The notes: generated by a model not told the origin, from the letters alone. Positions 26,706 to 39,994 are shown, numbered from the stretch's first letter. The stretch is DNA of 64,000 nucleotides from Felis catus (GCF_018350175.1 NC_058368.1:222582001-222646000); one strand, 5' to 3'. Program-made: numbers and translations.

Positions 26706-27282
26706 ATATATACCAGCTATCGGTCTTGCTTTACTCATGGAAAAGAAAGTGCTAACGAGAGAAAGGAGGAAAGTCAATTGGTCTTTTAAATCTCACATTT
26801 CTCTTTTAACCAGTTTTACTCTTTTGCTATAGTTTTGAGATGATTTTCATGTTTTAGTCATCTAATATTTAGAAATTAACAAAAAATAAACATAAGCACC
26901 TAAATGTGAAAGGTAAAGACAACAAAAATGAAGTTTATTTTGCCCATGTAAATATGACGTAGCATGATCACACATATATCATTACCTATCATTTGATTCC
27001 TCTTCAAATAAAGTACAAAATATGAAAGAATTCTTTCTATAATATACTATGTCATACATTTATGTGGTATCATAGCATTTTTGTCTTTCTCTAGAATGAA
27101 CTCCTCTAGAAGAAGTGGAAAAGGCCAAGAACAAAGAGACAAAAAACATACTAGCAAAAATTTGAGCCTAGTATTATATTTTGAAAGCATCTTGTTAACA
27201 TTGTCTTCTCATGATTTTGCCATTACTTTCCTAAACATTAGGGAGGTGATGAATAGCGTGTGAATCTCTTTTCTCCCTGCAG

Positions 27283-27405
27283 GTGCAAAGCCAAATGGAA
27301 GGAAGAGTAAAAGAAAGAGAACACACTAAGAATCTCCCTTCCCTAGTCTGCTGCTACTGCCAGGAAATCACCTTCAGTACAAGAATTTTGAACGTTCAAT
27401 AACTT
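27283..27405 (+). other. Candidate non-coding exon
   Basis: Acceptor tctcttttctccctgcag, donor gtaagt, 123 nt; stops in all three frames. Confidence 0.3.
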
Positions 27406-28451
27406 GTAAGTAATAATACATATTCAAATTCATTTGACAGACGGCTGAGGTTCTAAATTAATTAATGGCACAATATTCCCAACAATAGCCAATATCTAAA
27501 TTTGTGATATATTTGCCCTTCTAGGAAATTGCTATGTTTCCTTCATATTTATTTACTGGAACAGTGGTTTATGTATGGATAACCAAAAGTAAATTTTTGT
27601 TACAGTAGCTTCCTGGATACACAAAATTGCTTTTGACAGATACTCAATTATAAGGGAATGGTGAAAATATTTTCACGGTAGAGTAACTCTTTGCTTGCCT
27701 TTAGTTCTACTTTATGACAAAAATGATGAACCAAACATCAATAACATAAATGGATCCAATAGCATGTAGCTATCAGTAATACAAAATTGGAATATAAATT
27801 TGAAATATTTGTAATTGTCATTGAGCTCTCACACACTCTTTATTATTAATGATATATCACGTAACCAAAGACTTTCAAATTATTGTAGATGTGCTAACAT
27901 TAGACAGGAACTAAAAGCAATGACCCTCAATGCAAGATTCTATTTTAACTGCTTATATGTAGTAATTTGGTCATCTTAGTTTGGAGGTTGTCAGGTAAGC
28001 GATTTGAAACCAAGAGCCGACTCTTCACTGGAACAGAAATATTAATGCTCTAAATTTTATAAATTTACATGAAAATTAATCATCTTTGGAAACTCTCCAT
28101 GTATGCTGTTTTGACTTTTCAGTGGCTTGCTCTCCTCATTTAATGGAATTTTTATCCATTTGGAAGAGTAACACGGATGATCACATATTAAATAAACCAG
28201 GCTACTTAAGTCATTCAAATTCAGATGTCCACTGTGTTTTCAGCAGATGTCCGGGATGAATTAGTGATCTAAATTGAAATTGTAATGTGGGGGAATAGGC
28301 TTATGGCAATTATTTTGTTGACCAACAATTGTTACAGAGGGAAAAAAATGCAGAGCAGAAAAATACAAACTCTGACATTAACACTTTCGATGTTAACACT
28401 GTCTCTGTCACTTCAAATTTTTGTGACTTTTGGGCAAATCACCTTTATTTC

Positions 28452-28836
28452 TTATATCGGTTTACTAGGACTGCCAGAACAAAATACCACACCCTGAGTG
28501 GCTTAAACAGCAATTTACTTTCTTCAAGTTCTAGAGGATAAAAGTCGAAGATCAAGGTGTCTGTAGATTTGATTTCTCCTGAATCCTCTCTCTTCGGCTT
28601 GCAGCTAGAGGTCTTTTCATGGTCTCCAGGCATGGCATTCTACTCTGTGTGCCTACATCCCCAGTGGTTCTTCTTTTCTTATGAGGACGAAGGTCATATT
28701 GGATAAGAGCTGTACCCTGACTCTCATTGTGGTCGCCTTTTTAAAGCCCTGATCTCCAGACAACAGTCATATTCTGAGATACTAGGTTTGGGATGCCAAC
28801 ATATGGAGTTGAGGGGGACACAATTCAGCCCATAAC
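28452..28836 (-). mobile_element. MLT1 MaLR LTR inserted in a MIR
   Basis: ggactgccagaacaaaataccacaccctgagtggcttaaacagc...ggacacaattcagcccataaca; MIR sequence on both sides. Confidence 0.88.
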
Positions 28837-29058
28837 ACCTCTCTAAACCTTACTTGTATTACCTGAAAAATAGGGACAATATGAGTACTTATATGACAAG
28901 GCTGTTGTAAAAATCAAATCAAATGAGATGCAACTTGTATATCACTTAGAGAGACAGGCACATATTAAATATTAATAAATATAAATTTTGGTTTCATAAT
29001 TACTAGCAACATCATTATAATTTTACTGGGACTGTGTGTGTTATTTCTTTAAAAATAC

Positions 29059-29262
29059 TTTTTAATGTTTATTTATTTTTGAGAGGGAGACAGATAGCGA
29101 GGGGGGGGGCGGGCAAAGATAGAGGGGGACACAGAATCTGAAGCAGCTCCAGGCTCTGAGCTGTCAGCACAGAGCCCAACTCAGGGCTCAAATCCACAAA
29201 GTGCGGGATCATGACCTGAGCTGAAGTAGGACGCTCAACCGACTGAGCCACCCAGGAGCCCC
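29059..29262 (-). mobile_element. Can-SINE
   Basis: Full body; TSD similar to tgt(g/c)tgtgttat(t/g)tctt. Confidence 0.95.
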
Positions 29263-30169
29263 TGTCTGTGTTATGTCTTAAAAGGATGGTGTCCTCATTC
29301 GTGTAACCCTTATGTTTTTTTCTGCATTTTCATGAGCTAATTCCAGAGGCACCAAGTCCCTTTTCACCTTGTTATTTTGGGACATAAAGGGACTGACGAT
29401 ATTTTTCCAGAGTCAACACAAAAAAAGTGAGCAATGTTTTGTTAGGCCAATGTATGGTTTTTAATTCTATTTTTTTAGAACTGAAGAATACCACATTAAA
29501 TTTTGAACTACTTTTTTCATAGGAAATAACCATATTAATGATGCACTATTTACATATGAAAACAATAAACATTATTATATAAGTTTGGATGAGAGAGGTT
29601 ATTCGATAATAATAAACAATCTCTGAATAAAATAGTAATTTCTTAAGATGACAAATGTTCTTTCTTTCTTATGCAACAAAACCATTGTCCGTTGGATGAA
29701 TCAGCTGGTAGCTCTGTTCATTGAAGTAATTTAGGGATTTGAACTTACATAGCCACCACATAGCAAATTCTGCCAGATACTATGGTATATGCTTTGCATG
29801 TTGTAAATGCATGCATGCATGTAGTAAATGCTTTGTCCTGTAAGTGAGATGTTCTAGTCACTTATAACTTTTAAATCAGAATTCATCATGTGGCCACACT
29901 CATTCTCATGGGAATTAGGAAGTACAATTCTATTGTATGTTCAGAAGTCAGAGAGCTGATATTTGACTATTTAGTGAACAACATTACTTGCTATTACAAT
30001 TTCACTCCCCCCATGCTTCAAAACCCAATCCATATATTTTGATATTGTCTTTGCAATTATAGAACATGCATTCATGGTAAATCACACATTCACACGCACA
30101 TACACATATACCCACATGTAAATGCAAGATAACCTACATTACTGTGTAAAGATCAACGAATATCAAACT

Positions 30170-30390
30170 ATACAAACTGAGGGTTGCCAGAGGGGTACTG
30201 GTTGGGGGATGGGCTAAATGGGTGGTGGGCATTAGGGAGGGCACTTGTTGGGATGATCACTGGGTGTTATATATAAGTGATGAATCACTAAATTCTGCTC
30301 CTTAAACTGTTATCACACTATCTGTTAACTAACTTGAATTTAAATAAAATTAAAACTAATAAAAAATAAGAAAGAAAAAATAAGAAAAAA
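30170..30390 (+). mobile_element. Carnivore L1 3' end
   Basis: caaactgagggttgccag...ctaacttgaatttaaataaa plus A-rich tail. Confidence 0.92.
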
Positions 30391-30409
30391 AGAATCGCTA
30401 TAAAAGATC

Positions 30410-30522
30410 ATATATACATATATATGTATATATGTGTATATGTATATATATATATATTTGTATGTATGTACATACACATATACTTGTATATGTGTATATA
30501 TGTATATGTATATGGTATATAC
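30410..30522. repeat. (TA/TG)-rich microsatellite
   Basis: Direct inspection. Confidence 0.9.
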
Positions 30523-30628
30523 TATTTTCAAATTGATCTCAAAACAATAATGTAAATCTTAAATGGTAGGTAACAATTCTATTGTATGATAGGTAACAAA
30601 GCATCACCTTAAGAATTATCTGTTTCCA

Positions 30629-30862
30629 GGGGCTCCTGAGTGTCTCAGTTGGTTGAGTGTCTGACTTCAGCTCAGGTCATGATCTCAAGGCTTGTGAGTT
30701 AGAGTCCCAGGTCGGGCTTTGTGGTGACAGCTCAGAGCCTGGAGCCTGCTTCAGATTCTGTCTCCATCCCTCTCTCTCTCTGCCCCTGTCCTGCTCATAC
30801 ATTGTCTGTCTCTCTCTCTCTCTCTCTTTCTCTCATATAAATATTAAAAAAAAATTTAAAAA
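30629..30862 (+). mobile_element. Can-SINE
   Basis: Head, body and tail present; TSD aattatct. Confidence 0.95.
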
Positions 30863-32350
30863 AATTATCTATTGTCAAAAGGAGTTATTATAATATAAAT
30901 TCATAAATTTGCAGCATTCCAACAGACTGTTAAACAGTGGTGGATGCTGCTAGAAATAAACCAATATTAACAAATAAGATTATTGACTTAAAATGTTGTG
31001 ATATTAATAATAAATAGAGCTGTTTTAAAGAAATGACATATGTAAACTTTGTAAGAAAACCATACTATAATGGAAATAGTAATATTAAATGAAACATCAT
31101 CATTACATTCATATAAGAAATACATATTTTAAAATTATAATATTTCTTTTTCTCTGAAGGCAAAGGTTATGATTACAATCATGATAACTTCTGAAAAATT
31201 AATTAAGTTGGGTAATCAATATTGTGTTTGCCAAACATATATCGATTTTATAAGTTTTGCATTATGTCGTTCAGTATAATTAACAATAAGGAAGAAAACT
31301 ATGAAGGAATAAAACCAAATAAGAATTGTCACATGTGATATCTAAAATTTAGATTTGCAAAATACTTTACACTATTAAGAGTACCTAAAGAGAAGTTAAA
31401 TATTTTTTAAATATTTTGCTCTAATTTTATTCTCAAATTTCAAAAACAAAACAAAACAAAACAAACAAAAAGAAAACAAAAACATATGACCGTATATATT
31501 ATAAAGTAGTGAAAATTTACATGGTCCTTCAGGGAAAACAAGACTGCATTGTCTTGCATGATGAAAATGTGAGATTTTCTACAGTGATAGTCTCACAAAT
31601 AAAATAAAATATTTGAATAGATGAACTGTTATCTTTTATGAAGCAATACCTCCTGATAAATATTATTTCTTTTAGTTGACTATTAAAATCATTTGTCTCT
31701 CTAATTAAAGAGCTGAATTATGACAACTTGGACAAATTTGTTAATGTAAACTTTTTAAAATTTACATTTGAAATCTAATTTTTTGAAATCTAATTATTGA
31801 TTAGTTTTTGAAATCTAATTTAAGTTATTACTCCTCATTGGACAAAATGATCAGTTAGTGATCATATCTATACCGGAGAGGTTGGGTGTAAGGTGAATGA
31901 TTTCAATCAGAAAGCTTTTTCCTCATTTTCCAAAGCTTTGAATACATTACAAGATCTTTGTTTATACATGATTAATACTACTCAAAGACAAAATGGAGAG
32001 GACAATAAGAACAGTGTTGACATTCCCTAAAATATTCTTAAATAAACTGCCTTCCATGTGTTCCTTATCAGCTCTATTTAGACTTTGAATTGGACTCATA
32101 TTTTGGGTGCCTTCTTCAATTACCTTGAGGTCCTCCATTTTTCTCTTATGTATCAGTCTGTGAGTGGCCTAGCAAAATATCCTTACAACTTCCAGTCTTA
32201 GGTGAAATGTCTCACTTCATGCCCTGAAGTTCAACTTTCTGACTAGCCTCCATGGGGCCAAAAATGCAACCCAGAAATGTAAGGGAGTTGGTCCCCTTTG
32301 TAGAGAATGCTGATAGATGAAAACATGAGAAATAAGGTGTGTTGGTTTCA

Positions 32351-32565
32351 TTTTTATTTACTTATTTAGTTTCTAACGCTTATTTTTGAGAGAGAGAGCA
32401 CTAGTAGGGGAAAGGCAGAGATAGAGGGAGATACGGAATCCAAAGCAGGCTTCATGCCCCAGGATGTCAGCAACAGAGACTGACGCGGGTCTCAAACCCC
32501 ACAAACTGAGAGATCATGACCTGAGCTGATGTCGGACACAACCAACTGAGCCACCCAGGAGCCCC
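32351..32565 (-). mobile_element. Can-SINE at the MLT1 terminus
   Basis: TSD tgtgttggtttcat / tgtatttgtttcat. Confidence 0.93.
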
Positions 32566-33140
32566 TGTATTTGTTTCATAGGGCTAGTGTAACAGAGTAC
32601 TAGTAGGTGGTTGATACAGAAATTTGTTTTCTCACATTTCTGGAGACTACAAAGTCCCGAATCAAGGTGGCGTTGATCCCTTCTGAGATCTGTGAAGGAG
32701 AATCTGTTTCATGATACTCTTCCAACTTCCAGTGGGTTGCCCACAATGGTTGGTGCTCCCTGGTTTGTGACTGTTTATTCCCATTTTCATCTGGCATTCT
32801 TCCTGTGTCTACATCCCCCCCTTTTTAAATTGATTTTAATGTTTATTTATTTTGAGAGGGAGAGGGACAGAGTGCAAGCAGGGGAGGTGAAGAAGGAGAG
32901 GGAGACACAGAATCTGAAGCAGGCCCCAGGCTCTGAGCTGTCAGCACAGAGCCTGACTTGAGGCTCGAACTCATGAACGGCGAGATCATGACCTGAGCTG
33001 AAGTTGGATGCTTTACTGATTAAGCCACCCAGGTGCCCCAACATTTCCCTTTTATAAAGATATCAGTCATAGGGATTAGTCCTCACTCTAATGACATCAT
33101 CTTAATTTGATCATCTACAAAGACCTTATTTTGAAACAGA
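32566..33140 (-). mobile_element. MLT1 MaLR LTR containing a SINE
   Basis: ctcacatttctggagactacaaagtcc...aaggagaatctgtttcatg...ctaatgacatcatcttaatttgatcatctacaaagacc. Confidence 0.85.
32822..33039 (-). mobile_element. Can-SINE nested in MLT1
   Basis: Full body; flanks acat(c/t)cccc...tttt. Confidence 0.95.
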
Positions 33141-33790
33141 AACTATTTTAATAGTTTCTGGCATTTACTCAGAGAAGTATGAGTAATAGTTTCTGGCATT
33201 CAGGCATTTACTCAGAGAAGTATGTTCAGAGATACCTGTGGGAGAATTTACAACATAAGATTATATAAATTATGACCCATTCCTGTATTAAACACCCATT
33301 AAAATTAGGTAGGAAGGTAATATTGAGGGATATGAACAGATATTCATGATATATCATTAAGCGCTAAAGTTAAATTATAAAACCTGATGTTAGTAAGGTT
33401 CTCATTTGAGGCAGAACTGGCATACAGATAAATTATATATTTAAGTATAAAACCCAAAAGATACACGAGTTATTGGTTTAAGATACACAAACGCTAACAT
33501 GAGTTATTTTTGGTGCTATGATTACCAGTGACTTCTCTTTTCTTCTTCATGCCAATGTGAATTTTCAAAATTTTGTGTGATGAACGTGAATACGTTTTCC
33601 ATGAGAAAATAAAATTACTTAAATATGATCTAGTGGGTACAGTGCCCATAAATCCCAGTAATAAAGACGTTTTAACCTTCTTAGCCCCAGAATTTCAGAA
33701 ATACTGTCTGTAAACGACTGCTCCAGGAATGAAGATGATTGTAGAAATTTGGACGTAAAAGACAAGACATAGATGTGTTGGGAAATATTC

Positions 33791-34214
33791 ATGAGAAGCA
33801 TAATCTAGTTTTCTTTTGTTTTCTAAATGCTGTCTTGATCCAGTTTGGAGGGTCGGCCTTAGAGGCTGGTCTTCCTTGAGCAGCTATTAAGTCCACACCC
33901 CAAACACTTCTCTTACCCTCCCCCTCTGAGCCACGCCGTGCACCTGCCCAGTGCCAAACCCAGCCCCTGTGCCCTGGAACCCACACAATTACTCAAACTA
34001 GCCAATCCACGGGAAGCCTGAGAAACCTCGCCGAGGCCACTCCACTTGCCATATGTAAGCTGCCTCTACTGCCCCGTGCCTAGGCACAGCCTCCCGGGTG
34101 GCCCTGCCTGGCAGCTTTCTCCTCTTCTGAATTATAAGGAGCTCTGCTTTCATCTATGCAGTGTCAGGGAGTTGCATCCCACCCCCAAAAGAATCTTTAA
34201 ATGATATAAAACAA
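33791..34214 (+). mobile_element. ERVL-class LTR (MER73/MER74-like)
   Basis: gagcagctattaagtccacaccccaaacacttc...aaactagccaatcc; TG...CA ends. Confidence 0.7.
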
Positions 34215-34269
34215 CATGTGAGTGTCTGTATATAAGGGTACACATGTACACGTATCTATCTTTTCTCAC

Positions 34270-34600
34270 AACTTCCGCCCAAGGTCATGTCATTATCCCT
34301 ATGCTAGACTATTACAATAGCCTTCCAATCCAAAGTGTTTATCTTCCAACTCAAGATCCCTAATTCTTTCTAAAACAAATTACACTGTTGTGCCTCTCCT
34401 TAGAAACTCTTTTGTTCAGGTGTATAAATAGATCTGAGTCTGACTCCAGACTAGTTTTCTCATTCCTCTTATATGTGTATGACAGATCACAAGGATCTGT
34501 GCATTTGGAAAGCTCTCTGACAGTACTGTTTCTTCTGCCAGCATCACCCTCGCCATAACCAGCTGAAAACTCCCTGGTGCTTGTTCAGATACCAATACTA
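34270..34600 (+). mobile_element. L2 fragment
   Basis: ctagactattacaatagccttccaa...ctttctaaaacaaattacac. Confidence 0.5.
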
Positions 34601-35816
34601 ATATCCTCACAGCCTAGGGCAAATTTAAAACTTCCTCTTCCACCACTATAACATTTTGCAAATACACCCATAAAGTGACGTATACGTCATATTTATGCTG
34701 CTACATTTCCACCTCCCAACTACAACTCAAGACTAATAAGTATAGCTAATTTTCTCTGTGTTCTCTAATTATCACCCACCTGACTGGTAGGGCACAGTCA
34801 ATAATACATCTTGCTGAGTTGAGCTGAACTATGCACATACCCGTCAGAAAATACTTACAATGTTGGGGATGATATCACTTTTATTGACAGTTTTTCCTAA
34901 ATTTGAGGTTTAGGAGAAATTACAAGGGAAATGGGTGAGATATATCTGGAGTCTGTCCTAATGCTTTTATGTGACTCAAACTGTTAAATATTGAAACACC
35001 AGAGACATCTCAACAGAATTAAAGCCAGGAAACCATAAATTTAAGAGCTTCTCTCAGTTAATATTTAACTTATAGTTATTTTTCTCCATTTAAAATCAGG
35101 GGGATTTATACACTATATCCATCAGGGAAAAAGTGCTAAAGAAAATGTCATTTTGGCAGTCTTTAGAAGGATGGATTCATATTTGAAGAAAAGCATATCT
35201 TCAAAATTCTGCATTTTTATAAGTTTACTCAGTACTAGAGAGACAGAAAGGGCTAGATCAAGATAAATAGACATGAATCCTTCATGTTTTGCAGAATGAA
35301 CATTCAGAAAATGTAGCTGGTGTGAAAACTGCACCATTAAAAAAACTATGAAATAAAGATTTGGTCAACATACTAATAATATACTGGATTAGCACAATCT
35401 CTGCACCAGAGCAGGAATACAAATGAGAGTGATGGGAAAAAGATGGCAGTGAGACTTTAGAAGAGAGTGATACTCTGGCCCGTGACTTCCCAAATTCTTG
35501 AATTGTTTATTACTTTTTTTTTTTTTTTTTGGCAAAAAACAGTTACAATCTAGTCTCACACTGTAATGACATTTGTAAGTCCATCTTATAATGTATTTAT
35601 ATTACACATGCATATATATGTATGTATACATTATGTTTTTTAACTAATTAGTTACATGAAACTTGTTGCCAATTATGACTCATTTCACTGTTTTATTAAA
35701 CCCAAAGCTTTAATCAACCCCCTTCTTGAATTGTTAATAGTTGCATATGTATCAAATAGACCCAAGCAGCACTTATGGATGTGAAACTGAGACCAGGGGA
35801 GAGGTGATCTATTAAA

Positions 35817-36028
35817 TTTTTTTTTCAACGTTTATTTATTTTTGGGACAGAGAGAGACAGAGCATGAACGGGGGAGGGGCAGAGAGAGAGGGAGACACAG
35901 AATCGGAAACACGCTCCAGGCTCCGAGCCATCAGCCCAGAGCCCGACGCGGGGCTCGAACTCACGGACCGCGAGATCGTGACCTGGCTGAAGTCGGACGC
36001 TTAACCGACTGCGCCACCCAGGCGCCCC
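35817..36028 (-). mobile_element. Young felid Can-SINE
   Basis: Almost all CpGs retained; TSD gagaggtgatc(t/a)attaaat. Confidence 0.98.
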
Positions 36029-36969
36029 GAGAGGTGATCAATTAAATGACAGCTTTGATTAGTACTGTGTTTTCATGCAGAAACCAGGTAATGCAAATAA
36101 TACATTTTTACTTCAAGTCCAAACTTTGGCTTCTACATTAAAAACAAAATTATGTATTAACATTTTCCCTCAAAAATATAATCTTATTGATTCTGCCTCA
36201 TTATCTTTCTAAATCCCAAATGAGAGACAAATACTAAACAAATAAATAATCAAGTAAATACTACTGTAAATTTTCCTTATAATTAAAAAAAAGGACTATG
36301 ACAAGTATCCTGCTTCTACGCCTCCATATTCATCATGAGAACTAAAGATGCATTTGAGTGCAAATGCGACTTTGCACACATGAATAAGAAGCAAACACAT
36401 TAAAAACAGGAAATCACATCTGCAGGTAAGGTTTCTGTTCCCTTGCATTTGCTCAGTACACACCAATGTATGACCAGAGGCAGCATTTAACCCAACTCCC
36501 TGAAGGATACTTTTGTTACTTGCAGCGAGGAAGGGGAAAATGAAGCCCATTTGTCAGGGGCTGAGATGAGACCCTAACATATTTGAATTACCATCTCTGG
36601 GCTCTTTCCATCGATTATTTTATACAACACAAGCATCCAGTTCATAGAAACTTACGCTAGAATTCTTGAGTTGTGAGTAACAGATGACAGCTGCTGGGGT
36701 GGCTGGGACATGAAGTGAGTTACAGGAGCTTAACATTCTGTATTTATTCATTCTTGGAGCCAATAAATATCTGAGAGACGTTGCTGTTTGCAAATTTGCA
36801 AGTAGAAATAAGGAACTATGGTAATCAACGCCTTTTATTTTTCAGTTCATTCTGAGTCATGAGATTTGGCGTATCAGAAAATATTGAAAAAGATACACAT
36901 ATAAATGTGTATATATTTAATAATTTGATACACTATTTTCACAGGAAGTACAAGATTGTTTCCTTATTA

Positions 36970-37178
36970 TTTATTTTTTTAAGTTTATTTATTTTGAGAG
37001 AGAGACAGCACAAGTGGGGGGAGGTGGCAGAGAGAGAGGGAGAGACAGAATCCCAAGCAGGCTCTGTGCTGCCAGCACAGACCCTGTTGTGGGTCCCAAA
37101 CTCACCAAACTGTGAGATCATGACTTGAGCCGAAGCCAAGAGTCAGATGCTTAAGTGACTGAGCCACCCAGGTGCCCC
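36970..37178 (-). mobile_element. Can-SINE
   Basis: TSD tccttattattt. Confidence 0.95.
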
Positions 37179-37366
37179 TCCTTATTATTTTTAAAAATAA
37201 ATATAAGAATACCAAAATGTGGATTAAAATATATATTTAAACACTAGAAGAAATATTTCAAACTGTATTGCTAGTACACAAAGGAAAATAAAAACGCAAA
37301 AATAAAAATTAAAGATTTCCTTTCAAAACATGTAAAGGTACAGTCTCAAACATCGATTTCGTTGGA

Positions 37367-37591
37367 TTTTTTTTATTTTTTTAATCTTTATTTATTTTTG
37401 AGAGAGAGAGAGAGAGAAACAGAATGTGAGCAGGGGAGGGGCAGAGAGAGAGGGAGACACAGAATCCAAAGCAGGCTCCAGGCTCCGAGCTGTCAGCACA
37501 GAGCCCGACACGGGGCTTGAACTCACAAACCTGGAGATCATGACCTGAGCTGAAGTCGGACGCTCAACCGACTGAGCCACCCAGGCGCCCC
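37367..37591 (-). mobile_element. Can-SINE (younger member of a tandem pair)
   Basis: Full body; flanked by ttggattttttt on both sides. Confidence 0.96.
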
Positions 37592-37601
37592 ATTGTTTGG
37601 A

Positions 37602-37816
37602 TTTTTTTTAAGTTTATTTATTTATATTGAGAGAGAGAGAGAGAGAGAGAGCCAGCTGGAGAGAGGCAGAAAGAAAGAGGTAGGGAGAGAATCCAAGCAG
37701 GCTCTGGCACAATCAGAACAGAACCCTACTCGAGGCTCGATGTTAAGAACCATGAGCTCATGACCTGAGCCGAGATCAAGATTTGGTCGCTAAACCAAAT
37801 GAGCTACCCAGTACCC
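37602..37816 (-). mobile_element. Can-SINE (older member of a tandem pair)
   Basis: More diverged body ending gagctacccagtaccc. Confidence 0.93.
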
Positions 37817-38691
37817 AATTTGGTTGCTGTAATGCTTAAAAAATTAATTGTGCATTTGAAATCAGTAAACTGGTCTGCAATCTGCCTATTAATAGCAAGG
37901 AAGAAAAAGTTGTATCTCACATCATGTCAAACCATAATTATATGAACATTTGCACCCAGTTAATTTTGTTTGTATTCACTTAGAAATACCTGCTGAGTAG
38001 GTATTATCATTGCATTCAGGATAAGCTTGATTTGCTGAAAGGCCACAAATATCACCCAGCATACTAAATTCTCTCCGCAACTGAAGTACATTTAGAAAGA
38101 ATGAAAATGAGGCATCTTCATCATTTCAAGGAAAATATTAGCTGATCTGCAAGTACTTTAGATACATGAATTAATGCAACAAATTTAAATATAGAAGACA
38201 TTGTTTTCAGCTCACCTGATATTTGAGGCGTGGAAGCTACATGAGTCTTTTGACAAAGGAAGGCAGAAAAGGCTTAAGCTCATTTTGCACTTACCTATTT
38301 TGCAAATCTATTTATCTGTCTATTCTCTATCTATCATCTAATACTGAATTAACACAATTCAAGGCCCTTAGAAACTTTCAAGACAACTACCTAATTGTAG
38401 CTTCTGTCAAAAGTTTAGTTGGCGAAAATAGTATTTCAGGATAATGCTCTAAAGACTAGGTATACCAGACAGCCACATCTTGAGACGATTTACTTCTAAA
38501 AGGCCCTAGACCCCTTCCTTCACCAAACACTGGAGTGTTATGAAATCAAACTGTATGGGAAGTTGCACTTGGAGAAGGAAATGAATTTTGCATGAAGAGT
38601 ATAAGAGATAGTGAGGACATTATTTCTGGGATCATGACGACTCCACTGAAGTCACATTTGAAAAGTTTTCTGTTCTGCTAAAGTTCCTCCC

Positions 38692-39272
38692 GGTGGTAGG
38701 CAGAATGGCCCCTGAAATGTGTCCACTCCCTAATCCCAAAAAAACATGGATGCATTTATTTTAATGTTTATTTATTTTGAGACAGAGATCATGAGTGGGG
38801 TAAGAGTGGACAGGGAAGGGGAGGGGGAGGAGGAGGGGGAGGGGAGGAAGAGGGAGAATCCCAGTGTGGAGCCTGAGGAGGGCTCTCTCTCTCAAGCCTC
38901 AAGAGATCCCAACCTGAGCCAAAATCAAGACTCTGATGCTTAATCTTTATTCATGCGCCCCCCCCCCCGGAATGCATTAAATTCCTGGGGAAATAGAACT
39001 TTGCAGTTGTAATTAAAGTTGAAGATCTTAAAATAAGATTAACCTGGAACAAATACTTAGGCCCAAACTAATCACAAGGGTTCTTCAAAATGGAGAACTG
39101 TCTCCAGGCGGAGCAAAAGAAATTCAGCCAAAGACAAGTTACGAGGCACTCAAAGCATGAGATCTTAACCTCTCACTGCTGGTTTGGAGATAGAGAGGGT
39201 GAAGTGGTCAGGAATGCAGATGGTTAGAAGGAATTTCCTGGATGATACTCAACAAGGAACTTAGCCAGAAAA

Positions 39273-39315
<43 letters not shown>

Positions 39316-39540
39316 AATAAAAACTGCAAGAATTGTGCAAACAACCTGAATGATCTTGGAAGTGGATTTCCCCTCAGGGCCTGGAGGTAAGAGCTCCAGG
39401 CACCTAACACAAGGTAGGCCTTGGGAGACTTACCACCAGTCAGCCCACTAGGACTTCGAACCTACAGAGTTAGTATATTTTTGTCATTTTAAACAATATG
39501 TTTGTAGCAATTTACTACCACAGCAATAGAGAACGAATAC
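38692..39540 (+). mobile_element. MLT1 (D/E-like) MaLR LTR containing a SINE and (AAAT)n
   Basis: ggtggtaggcagaatggcccc...ttgtagcaatttactaccacagcaatagagaacgaatac. Confidence 0.82.
38753..38968 (-). mobile_element. Degenerate Can-SINE inside MLT1
   Basis: ttaatgtttatttattttgaga...acctgagccaaaatcaaga; TSD similar to atgcatt. Confidence 0.85.
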
Positions 39541-39964
39541 CCTCACCCACAGGAGATAATGTACTTCATACTTTGCATAACAAATACAACATGACCCATG
39601 ACAATCTCTTAGGCTGGTTGGAAAGATGCTCACAGCTATTTTACATTTTGTCATAGAAACTATGCCAACCTTTATCTCTAGTATGATTGTCTTTTTCTTG
39701 TCATGTATCCTAATTTTTATCTTTAGTATAAAAAATATTCTAACTTTCACAATGCAATCATGATTATGTTTTCATCGATTTTTCAAAAATTTGCACTAAG
39801 CTATGCCTCCGTTAGAAATAAGTAAAATACAAATATAAAAATAACATTAATTTTATTTACATTTAGTTATAGTTTCATTCATTGTGAAATATTTAAATAG
39901 AGTTCACAGGAATGCTCAAAATCAAAGGTAAAATAAATTAGATTGTGTTTCATAACCAACACTC

Positions 39965-39994
39965 TCTTTTTCTTTCTGTCTTCTTTCTTTCTTT

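Noticed and set aside
30472..30497. 12-bp-arm hairpin atacacatatac-tt-gtatatgtgtat
   Set aside because: Expected by chance inside a TA/TG low-complexity tract.
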